Shown piece by piece: positions 1-9,833 of a stretch of DNA of 62,000 nucleotides. Numbering within the stretch: the stretch's first letter is position 1; each line of letters opens with the position of its first letter. The DNA is taken from the NCBI GenBank assembly GCA_013265495.1, contig MU058059.1, positions 2,517,502 through 2,579,501 on the forward strand. The letters are read 5' to 3'. A program made the position numbers and the translations under genes. This stretch comes from Vicugna vicugna (Eukaryota). The notes beneath the pieces were generated by a model. It searched no databases. It worked only from the letters and a program-made list of their open reading frames with translations, and was not told the origin of the DNA.

Positions 1-455
1 CACTGTGACCAGCCGGAACCAGGGGAGGCGGGGTGCTTCGTGATCAGTGTGCTGCCAATCTTGTGATGTCTTTAAACGCTGCCTCAGTGGGAAAGTTAAT
101 TTATTGGGGATCACAAGGAAGGCAGAGGTTTCTAGTCTGCCAGAACAACGGAACACAGAGGATGGGTGGGTTCTTACATTCCTGCCTCACGTTTTCCTGC
201 CTCATCACAGCCTAGAGGGGTCTTGGCTCATTGTCAAAAATGTCAAGGGACCTTCCTCCATCTCTGCCCCCTGCCAGCACTGGTGACAGTAGACTTGCAG
301 TTAACAGCTCAAATCTGGAATTTAACTTTTCCTCCATTGATATTTTTATTGCCATATTTTGCATATATTTTATTTTGTAAAATGAGATAGCATGCTGGAT
401 TCTACTAGTTTAGAAAGGATTACCTTGAGACAATTACTTTAAAATATTTAATGAT

Positions 456-600
456 GGGGGAAGGTATAGCACAGTGGTAGAGCGCACGCTCAGCGTGCAC
501 TAAGTCCTGGGTTCAGTCCCCAGTATCTCCGTTAAAAATAAATAAATAAATAAATCTAATTACCCCCCCAAAAATAAATAAGTAAAATAAAAGAAATAAT
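456..600 (+). mobile_element. tRNA-derived SINE (camelid Vic-1-like)
   Basis: GGGGGAAGGTATAGCACAGTGGTAGAGCG (A box) ... GGGTTCAGTCCCC (B box), then (AAAT)n, ctaattacccccc and an A-rich tail. Confidence 0.85.
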
Positions 601-693
601 TTTTTTTATTTTAAAAAAGTTATGACATTTTTAGGCTATGTATAGATATTTGAACACTTTTTATATGCAGATATTTAGAAGACAAATTTTTTT

Positions 694-849
694 CTTGGCT
701 TTTTTCTTTTTTAATTTTATTTTTTGGGAGGAGGGTAATTAGGTTTGTTTATTCATTTATTTGTTTTAACCGAGGTACTGGGGATTGAGTGAACCCAGGA
801 CCTCGTGCCTGCTAAGCACACACTCTACCACTGACTCTTCCCTACCCCC
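694..849 (-). mobile_element. tRNA-derived SINE (Vic-1-like), inverted relative to the SINE at 456
   Basis: Reverse complement of the same family (gagggtaattagg...gaggtactggggattga..acccaggacctcgtg...ctctaccactga); diverged TSD-like gaagacaaattttttt / gagggctaattttttt. Confidence 0.85.
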
Positions 850-2859
850 AGAGGGCTAATTTTTTTTAAACGGGAAAAACTAAAGTCAGAAGAGTTTAAA
901 ACTTTCCTAAGGTCATGCATTGATTTGGTGCTGGCCCCCAAATGAAGCCCAAGTCATTTTAAACTATCACTCTTGTCTTCATGTCTACCACTGCTTTTAA
1001 TAACGAACATAAAACTGTTTCATGTAATCTCCACAATCCTTGTATGATGGATATATACATATGTTCCAGTATCGTCTTTCACTGTTGGAGATACATATTA
1101 GGAATTCACACATGTATGTCAATAAGATATATGTGTACGATTATGTATCTATACGTATATAAGTTCTTTCATTCTGGCTTGATTTAAAATTACTTTTGTC
1201 ATGTGCTTTCACGTAGATTAAATCCAACTTTCACTTGGATTAAATATTTGAAATTACTTTTTATCACCGAGTATAGATTGAGTTCCTTCCTCCCTTCACT
1301 TTGGGGAAATTTTTCCAAATTTAACTACGGACTTCTTCTTGTACTGATTCTTCCAGCAACCTAAAGGTCCTTTTGATGGCTCTCTGAATCATTTTCAGGT
1401 TCTAGTGGAATCTTGCATTTGATTTAACGTATTTGGTTCTTCTAAATGGGAAGCTAATGGCGAGACTAGTCTCAGGACAGACAAGCTTTGAAGTCCTGTC
1501 ATTTTAGGATACTAGTAACAAGGTCCTCACTGAGCTGTGTGCTCAGTAACCTTTGTGGCTTTGCCCCTGAGTTGTATTTGGAATGGCAGTTCAGAAACCC
1601 TTGCTAGCATTTGCAGCTTCAAAGTCATTAGCTACTCTTTCAGCCTGGCAACCTACATGCCTTAGGATATACTGTAAAAGACCCATTTCAGATCTTGGTT
1701 CAAGGAATCGCCTAATGATATAAGTTGACGTTAAATCATTATGAGTTGAGTCAAAACTATTGAAAGAAATGAAGAGCTAGCCCAGAGTTGGAATTGATAA
1801 ACAACAGGAACAGGACTTTACTAAATTTACACTAAATCTGTAGTCCCCCACATAAAATTCATCTTGTAGCTTCTCATCTTGACTCATCTTATGAATTTCC
1901 CGAACTCTGAGAAGTCAGTGTGACTTACCACACCTTGAATACAGAAAGAACAAAGATGCCGCAACCCTACCAAAGGAGCTCATGGTACTGACTCCTCAGT
2001 GGTCTAGGGGTCCAGCTGGTATCATCTTAGAGGCCAGCCTCAGATGGGACCAGCCACCCCCAGGTCCCCATCAGCGGGAACCATAACGGGGTTATCTTTG
2101 CCACGGAGCGGACGGGTTTGCAGCCTGCAAGCCAGCGCATGCCAGAAAGAGAACTGAGCAGACTTTCTTCTCCACGCGCTTGTATGAACGAAACGGAGGG
2201 AGAAACAGAAACACACAAAACGCACAAACCCACCTGCAGAGAAACATTCCTGAAAAAATACATCACTGGGACCTAGGTTTTTTTCCTCAGATGGAGATTC
2301 ATGAAAGAAATTTGTTGCATATTGAAATTGGAATAGAGACTTTCTTGGGTTGTAAGGAGTGTTTGCTACTGATCGCTTTGAGTTTTATCAAGCTGGGCTG
2401 AGGCTGTGCTTTGCTTTAGAACTTTTCTTTCTATTCACTGCGTTAATAAGACTCATTACTGGAAGTTCCCTGAACAGTGGCCGTGCTGGACTTTATGCTC
2501 ACTTCTGTAGTTGGACGAGGCCATGGTGTTAGCTTTTGGGGGGAAACGAGTCATCCTGGAAATGCATTTATGATGGGAGAACCTGTCATCTTATCCATAT
2601 GTTTAACATGATGATCTCTTTGGAAACAGAGTTCAATGACCTAACCAGTAACTCTGGTGCCTTGAAAGACATTCTTGACAGTGGAGTGCCTTCTGGGGCT
2701 TAGTTACTGCCCCTGGAGAGAGTTTTAGCAAGTTGCTTTTAGTGGAAGAAAAAAATCCTTTGGTGTCTGTGGATCTGTTTGAGAAAACAAGTAACTGTGG
2801 GTCTCCCTCCCGGAGGAAGCCTAGGTTTGAAAGATGGCTTGTTTCACAGATTTGAGCAC

Positions 2860-3700
2860 TGCAGACTCCTGTCGGGACGCTTTGTCGCCGGAACCGAGTG
2901 AAACCGGTCCCACCAGCTCATTCCTGAAACGTTGGTCTTCTCTGGGTACCTGATGTTCTTGTAGCTCTTCTCGGGCGAAAGGCCGGAGTGTCTGAAGGAT
3001 GGCCCTCTGCTTTGCCTTTCAGAACCCCCTGTTCCCATCGCGCCCCCGCAGCTTGCCTCCGTGGGCGCCACCTACCTGTGGATCCAGCTCAACGCCAACT
3101 CCATCAATGGGGACGGGCCCATCGTCGCCCGCGAGGTGGAGTACTGCACCGCCAGCGGGAGCTGGAATGACCGGCAGCCGGTGGACTCCACCAGTTACAA
3201 AATCGGGCATCTGGACCCGGACACGGAGTATGAGATCAGCGTGCTCCTCACCCGGCCCGGGGAGGGCGGCACCGGGTCCCCCGGGCCCGCGCTCAGAACC
3301 AGAACCAAGTGTGCCGGTGAGTCTGGGGCTCCTGGGGTGGGCTGTCGTTGTCCGCTGCAGTCTGACCTGCGGGCTCGGGGTTTGTCAGGTGGCCCACACC
3401 TGCTCCTCGGCTCTGCCGGGATCCAGGATGGCCGCACAAGTCCCTTCGCCTGTGGACTTCCGGACCTGGAGGCTTGCTATCTCTCAGGAGGTCTCCACCC
3501 GCTTTCCCTGTCCTTCATTCACTCCTTCCTACGAGCAGCCTGTAGTACGTACAGGACTTACCCTCAAGTTGACAGGAACTGTCTTTTTTAACGGCGTCTG
3601 CTCAGGGGTCGGAGCCTCTGGCCCGGCCCCTCTGCTGTGCGCTCGCTGCTAATGTGCTCGCGGCCTGGGGGAGCTCTGGGCGAATAGAGTCCGTCTTCCA
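2860..3700. promoter_or_regulatory. Intragenic CpG-island-like region over exon 7
   Basis: Visibly high GC and dense CpG from ~2860 through the exon into the first ~400 bp of intron; exon GC3 is 85/98 codons by hand count. Confidence 0.6.
3023..3316 (+). CDS. PTPRM: PTPRM coding exon (probably exon 7), FN3 domain 1; 294 bp, phase 1-1
   Basis: Acceptor ctctgctttgcctttcAG (AG 3021-3022); reads (G)AA CCC CCT GTT = EPPV... to AAG TGT GCC G; donor GTGAGT at 3317. FN3 hallmarks [16 protein letters not shown]. Confidence 0.97.
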
Positions 3701-4298
3701 GGTTTCAGCGCTGCCTTTTTATTGATGGGTGTTTAATGGAGGGGCTGCTTGCCAATGGCACAGGGCCCATTTGTAAAATAAGCAATGGTGATTTGTGGGC
3801 CACGTGCAGTGTTTAAGCTCCCAGATTGTGAAGTCTAATTGATTGTGCTGACCCCGCTCTGCGGCTTACACAGAGGCGGGGTTGATAGAGAGAGAAATGC
3901 AGAGTCTTCTAGAGCCCCAAACCCTGCGGAAAGCACCCGTTAGAGGTTGCAGTGCCTTCGCTGTCTGGCGACCCTCGGCCGGAAGTGAGAGAGAGCAGCT
4001 TGGGATGCTGACGGGCTCTTCGTTTAGATGAAACAACTCTTGCCTTGAATTGTGAGCCGAGGTGAGGAGCCCCATAAATTTTTATAGGGTTAATTGATTC
4101 TCTGGGTACCATTATTTAGGAGGACACTAATCAATAGGTTGCATTTCCTTTTGAGTTTTATAAGTACTTGAGCACGCACAATCTGGCCCTGCCTGGTAGG
4201 AGAAATGATTAAGTCTTAACAATTCTATCCGCTTCATTCTTTCTTCATAATTTGGAGTATTGAGTTTCCAAAAGCCCAAAACTCATGGGAAGAGTTCT

Positions 4299-4324
4299 GT
4301 TTTGTTTTGTTTTGTTTTGTTTTT
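4299..4324. repeat. (GTTTT)n simple repeat
   Basis: gttttgttttgttttgttttgttttt seen directly. Confidence 0.8.
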
Positions 4325-4381
4325 AGTGGCTGTACCCTTTTTTTTTTTAATTGAAGTAGAATTGATTTGAAAAAGTTCTGG

Positions 4382-4550
4382 TTTTTTAATTGTATTTATT
4401 TTTATTTTAATTAATTAATTTTGTTGACGGGGAGGCAATTAGGTTTATTTATTTACTTATTTATTGTTTTTAATGGAAGTACTGGGAATTGAACCCAGGA
4501 CCCCGTGCATGCTAAACAGGCACTCTACCATCAAGCTATACCCTCCCTTC
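4382..4550 (-). mobile_element. tRNA-derived SINE (Vic-1-like)
   Basis: gggaattgaacccaggaccccgtgcatgctaaacaggcactctaccatcaagctataccctccc; TSD-like aaaagttctgg (4371) / aaaattctgg (4551). Confidence 0.85.
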
Positions 4551-5496
4551 CAAAATTCTGGCTCTGTAAAAATATATTTGTTAGAATAGAACAGGACCCT
4601 TTTTCTTCTGGAGGATACATGCTGTTTGGGGGCAGTGACGGTCCTGCCTTGTCTACCCAGGTCTGTTTCCCAGGAAACTGGGGTCCCATGCCCAGAAGCT
4701 CCCATCGCCCTCAGTGCAGGGTCTCTGGGACAAGAACCGTGGTGATTCCTGCAGCCGCACTGGGTGGTTCCCAGGAAAAGGAATTTGATAACACTTTCTC
4801 TTCCTCACTTGCCAAAACTATGTCATCTCTCCTCTCTGTTTAGATGAATAAAATGACTCTTCCTTTTTTGATGTAACTTATCACCTGTTGTAATGCAAAT
4901 AGCAGCTGTTTATAACACCATAGATATCGTTTAGAGGAGTTGCTTTCAGATCTGTTATTACGTTGCAGCTGCCTTGTGACGTCTCTGGGGCTGATACCAT
5001 GACCCCCATTACTAGGGGCGGGGAAACGGAAGCCCTGGTGGCCTGCTCTCCTCCGAGCATGATCTGCGGGCAGTCAGTTTGCTTTACTTCACTGCAGTGT
5101 TATTTTGAGGAATCCTGTTTGGGGCACGGTGATATATGGTCTTCCTTTCTCTCCAAAAGAGGGTTAGAATCTCCCTGCCTGGGCTGGAGAGAGGGTACTG
5201 TGTGTCTCATTCATCACTAACACCCCCCCACCAACCTAATGCTTTCAGTTCTGGTCATTTTTACGTATTTTTACACATTTTCTCTTGGTTTTGTGCCTGT
5301 ACATTTCAGGTATTGACACAATTATTATATACATTTCCCCTAAATATAATGCATGTGTCTTTGTCTTCAAGAAGCCTTTGTGGGACAGCTGCATGATGTG
5401 TAAATGTAGACCCTTTCGCAATAGACCAGCAGTCCTGTTTAAGACATTAGACCCAATTTAGAGTGGGTGTTTGCATGCCACCCCTGTGTCTTGAGA

Positions 5497-6051
5497 TGAT
5501 ACAGGACAACATGTGGGGGGAGAGGAGGGCCGTGTCCCAGGTCTCGGTTGAGTCCCTGGGATGTGCCCCACCAAGTGTGGGTCCTTGGCTTTGGGCAGGA
5601 AAGAATTCAAGAGCGAGCCACAGTTGAGTAAAGGCGGATTTATTCAGAGAGACACACACTCCATAGACGGTGCAGGCTTCAGAAGGCAAGACAAAGGCCA
5701 CGAGGTGTGGGGCTGTTAGTTTTTATGGGCTCAGTAACTTCGCATGCTAACAAGTGGGGGGATTATTCCTGCTACTTTGGGGAAGGGACTGGGATTCTCA
5801 GGAGTTGGGCCACCGCCCACTTTTTGGCCTTTTATGGGCAGCCTGAGCTGTCCTGGTGCCTGCGGGACTTCCGTTTACCATGTTAACGTATTACGGTGAG
5901 CGTCTAATGAAGCTTAAAGTCTGCTGGAAGTCAAGTCTCTCACCATCCTGAGCCTCAAGGCCTGCTGGGAGTTGAATTTTCCTCCACCTTGGCGTTAATT
6001 GGTGTGTCATTCCTTGGATGGCTATGCCCTGCCCCCTTCCCTCCTGTCTCA
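5497..6051 (-). mobile_element. Solo ERV1 LTR, MER41-like
   Basis: On the - strand it begins TGAGACAGGAGGGAAGGGGGCAGGGC and ends TCCTGTATCA (TG...CA, with TGA.ACAGGA terminal inverted repeat); AATAAA on - strand near 5640-5645; the ggattattc...gggaaggg...ccactttttggcc block resembles MER41. No clean TSD. Confidence 0.75.
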
Positions 6052-6179
6052 AAAGCATTGACCTGACTTAAGCAAGGAGGCGCGCTGCCAACGCATGCTT
6101 TCTCCTAAAACATGCGGTGGTTGCTGTAGCAGGTGTGTCCTGCATGGGCCCTGAACGTTTTTGAAAAAGCGGTGGCTGA

Positions 6180-6680
6180 ACAACGCAGTCTTCGGAAATA
6201 GAAGTATGTTAGTTGAGAGGGTCAAAGCGAGAAGTAAGAGGGGGAGACGCAGGGTAGGTGAGGGAGGTAGTGTCCAGTGGGCCTTTTACTGTAGGAAGAA
6301 AGGCAGTTTCACCCTTCCTTGGCCCGAGACTTTGAGCAAACCTGCAGGGAAGCTTGGTGACTGCTCTGGTGAGCCGTGTGAAGTTGTGACGAGCAGGAGA
6401 GCAGGACGGATTTGAGAGGAAGAAGGCAGGTACCGCAGGCTAAAGACTGAGAAGTGGGATGCGGTTCCAGCCTGATACTCAGGTGGTTCGCGGGCAGTTA
6501 AGGTTCAGAGAGAGCCAGCCAGGGATCTCGTAACCTGAGAGGGATGCTGGGCTTTCTGCAAAGCAGATGGAAAGTGGAAAACGGCCTCAGCCAGACAGGA
6601 ACAGTGGATGAATCGAATAAGGGTGACACGTAGCAGCAGTAATTGTGCGTCCATCCCATGGGATTTGAAAGGTCAGTTCC
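6180..6680 (-). mobile_element. Probable L2 remnant
   Basis: Purine-rich degenerate sequence with L2-like phrases (gagaggaagaaggcagg, gactgagaagtgg, gggatttgaa). Confidence 0.35.
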
Positions 6681-6729
6681 CTGCTGGTGTGGAGTCAGAA
6701 TCATAAAATTTAGCTGCAGCACATTTGAA

Positions 6730-6985
6730 AAAGGAGATTGAGGATTTGGTTCAAATGCTTATGAATCTGTAATATGGTCCCTATTCTATTAATCACTCTG
6801 TAATGCTGTTACCTCACCCCCCCCCCAAAAAAAACCTTATTTAATCTTAGGTTACATTAAGAAAGCAAATTCCCATACTGAAGGAAGTGATAGACTTTTT
6901 TTCTACAAATGCCCGGTAGCCTCCCTATTATGGCACTTAGTTGTAGTCCCTGCATTTTCAGAGAGAGCACAAAATGGACCAACTA
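6730..6985 (+). mobile_element. Probable CR1/L3 remnant
   Basis: tgtaatgctgttacc..aaaaaa..aatcttaggttacattaagaaagc..aaggaagtgatag..tctac..cattttcagagag resembles the L3 RT 3' region as recalled. Confidence 0.4.
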
Positions 6986-7469
6986 GGGGCGGTGGGAAAA
7001 ACTGAGAAAGCTGACGGAGAAGAGCAGGGTGTCCTACAGATTTCACGAGTGCTGAGTCATGTGTAGTGAGTTTCCAGTGGCTGATCCGTTCAAGCACAAC
7101 CTGATGTAGTGGAAGAAAATTTCCACATTCATAAGAGGATTAAGCTGGCCAACCCTGAATGTCTCTTCACCATGAAAATTCTGTGTTCTGTCTCTAATGA
7201 AATGGTCTGTTGTGTGGTTCCACCCTGGAAGTGTCTGCATTTACTTCTGTTTTATCCTTGCCCACATACTCCACAACCATGCTCGTCGTGGAGGTCTGTG
7301 ATGATGTTTGCAAAAATCTGAGCAAAACCAGAGGAAACAGTTAGTTTTTCATATGACTAAATAGATTTAAATTTGAAGGACTGACCCTTATGCTGAGCTT
7401 CCTGCCTGATTTTTATGCTAAAATGCCACTGTCCTTAAATGGCAGCGCCTTTGGACTAGAGCCAGAGTC

Positions 7470-7720
7470 GGCAGTGAGAGATCAGGCTCTGGGACCGGGC
7501 TGCCGGGGTTTGATTTTGGGCTCTGTCTATTTCTAGACAAGTGACCATGGGAAGACTGTACACTTCTCTGCATCGCCGTTGCGTTATCTGTAGACCAGGG
7601 GTGGTGATAACAGTGTGTATCCTGTATCTCCTAGTGTGGCCATGAAGCCTTAAGATGCTAGGCACTGTAAAGTGCCTAGAGCAGAGACTTAATAGCAAGT
7701 AGTCGATATAAGTTAACTGC
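7470..7720 (+). mobile_element. MIR SINE
   Basis: caggctctgg..gggtttgattttgggctctg..gtgaccatgggaag..cttctctg..atctgtag..gtaaagtgcctagagcag, following MIR order. Confidence 0.7.
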
Positions 7721-7837
7721 CAGTGGAAAAAAAATTATCTTTTAACATTCTCATTCAAAAGAATGCGATGTTGGCAACCTGATTCCGTTGCCTTACATGG
7801 CTTACGTGGTAAATGGAAAATCAGAGGGACGCTGTTT

Positions 7838-7866
7838 CACATTTGGGCTCACATTTGGGCACATTT
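7838..7866. repeat. Short tandem duplication of CACATTTGGG(CT), ~2.5 units
   Basis: cacatttgggct cacatttggg cacattt seen directly. Confidence 0.7.
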
Positions 7867-8864
7867 TAGCTGCAGTTGGGTTGCATCCAAGATGGACTCC
7901 AGCCTCTCATTTTTCCTGTTAAAATCTGTTTCGTTTGGACAACTCTGTTCTCATGCCTGGGCTGCACCACTGAGACCCGTCCCATCATGTCTTGGTGACA
8001 CCCATGAAATCGTAGTTTGCTTCTTGCGCTGAAATGGAAAGATCACTGTTCATTGCCTGTCTCTGAGCACTGGAATTGATTGCGTGTGCGGCTTGTCGAC
8101 GTGATCTCATCACCGGGTCAGATTTCTTTCGAGAATTGCACGGTAGCACACTGCCAGACCTCTTGCCTCTTGTGCTTCTGAAAATTACTTTCGGATATCT
8201 GCACAGGCTCTGCACATGGGACCTGATCGAGTCAGTTAGCTTCTCTGATTCTCTAAACAGCAGCCATGACACCAGCCCTGACAATATCAGAGGTGTTTCT
8301 GAAGATGAGGTGAGACATTCCCTGTAAAGGTATTTTACAAATGAGAAAATGCTCTGCCTCTATGGGTATTAAAAAATGATTATAGTCAGGAGTTAGTTTC
8401 AAGACCTATACACGTATCTACTTATTTTCCAATTTTGCAGTGCAGCTATAGTTGGGAAACCTCAGAGAGTTGAAATTATTTTAGTATCCAGTGAAGCAAA
8501 ATGCAATTTAGTTTGTGTTTTCTATCATATCTTACATTCTTCTAATTACGTGCCGCGTGTATATCACAAGTCATTAACTGGTAGCTACTTGAAAAAGAGA
8601 AATGAGCAATGCTGTTAGATTGATTTTCACAGTGGACTTCTTATGTGTTTTATTTGGGGATATTGCTTTTTATGTATCCTGGTTATTGTTTAACTGTGGT
8701 TAAGTGTCTTGCTAATAACTGGCCTCAGGAGTTAAAGAAGGATGATGATAAACTAATGACTTACCGATTAAGAACGGTGAGAGTGGAAAAAAGATGAACT
8801 GAAATGTGTTCTTTAGAGTTAATATAACTGAAAAATATTTGCAAGAAGAATGATTGTGCTGTTT

Positions 8865-9095
8865 AAAACATTTATTCATAAGATATTCACTAAGCACCCA
8901 CATTTGCAAGGCTCTGTTCCAGGCCCTGAAGGCAGAACAGTAAGACAAGATCCAGCTTTCAGAGGGAGGGAGGAAGGAAGTGTACAGATGGTAAATAAAC
9001 GTGTGTATGTATGTATATACACATAGCTGCATGTATAATATGATAAATGCTATGAAGAGAAACAGAGAAAGAGATGGAGAATGGAAAGGTAGGAT
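8865..9095 (-). mobile_element. L2 3' end
   Basis: catttattcataagatattcactaagcacccacatttgcaaggctctgttccaggccctg...tgataaatgctatgaagagaaa, typical L2 3' end in reverse. Confidence 0.65.
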
Positions 9096-9109
9096 ATTTT
9101 TGAATTAAG

Positions 9110-9412
9110 TTTTAATTTTTAATCGTGATAAAGTTTATCACTTTAACCATTTCTGAGGGTGCAGTTCAATAGTGTTAAGTACATTCAACTAATGCCCAGG
9201 ACTTCTTCATCCTGCCAGACTGAAACTCAGCACTCACTCCCTGTTCTTCCCGCTTCCCAGCCCCCGGCCACCACCATTCTACTTTCTGTCTGTATGAGTT
9301 TGACTCCTCGAGGTCCCTCATGTGAGTGGAATCACACAGAATTTGCCCTCTTGTGACTGGCAATGTCTTCAAGGTTCATTCGTATTATAGCGTGCGTGAT
9401 TGCACCTTTTTA
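9110..9412 (-). mobile_element. Old L1 (L1MA/L1MB-type) 3' end
   Basis: cccagcccccggccaccaccattctactttctgtctgtatgagtttgact...gtgagtggaatcacacag...tcttcaaggttcattc. Confidence 0.8.
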
Positions 9413-9524
9413 ATTACTCTGATAATGTTGCACGGTGTGTACTTACATTGTGTGATTCTTTGTAAAGCACTTTGAGACTTTAAGCAATGATACTGGTTTT
9501 CCATGAATAATTCTCAATGTTTAA

Positions 9525-9602
9525 AACAACAAGGTCCTACTGTATAGCACAGGGAACTACCTTCAGTATTTTGTAGTAGTCTATGAAAAAGAATATGTAA
9601 AT

Positions 9603-9638
<36 letters not shown>

Positions 9639-9833
9639 TATATATATATATATATATTAAAATATAAATTATATATCTGAAAATATAACTTAATCACTAT
9701 GCTGTACACCAGAAATTAACACAACATGGTAAACCAACTATACTTCAATAAGAAAAATAAAAATAAAAAAGATTACAGGCAAAGAATAGTTATGGCAATA
9801 AGAAAAATAAAATCAAGGCTTCCTGAAAAAAAA
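9525..9833 (+). mobile_element. 5'-truncated cetartiodactyl-type L1 3' end with (TA)n expansion (9604-9657) and extra 3' segment, flanked by TSD
   Basis: aacaacaaggtcctactgtatagcacagggaacta...gctgtacaccagaaattaacacaacat..tatacttcaata; TSD aattctcaatgtttaa (9509-9524) / aattctcagtgtttaa (9832-9847). Confidence 0.85.

Noticed and set aside
456..535. tRNA genes (also 4480-4550, 29517-29597, 54779-54850, 57385-57459)
   Set aside because: A/B boxes are present but copies are diverged and carry SINE tails and TSDs; they are tRNA-derived SINEs.
2999..3652. 217-aa ORF, the 3061-3591 extension past the donor, and overlapping antisense ORFs
   Set aside because: Alternative frames of GC-rich exon 7 and intron, where stops are rare. 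A consensus GTGAGT donor at 3317 ends PTPRM similarity, and no AATAAA was seen until ~4847.
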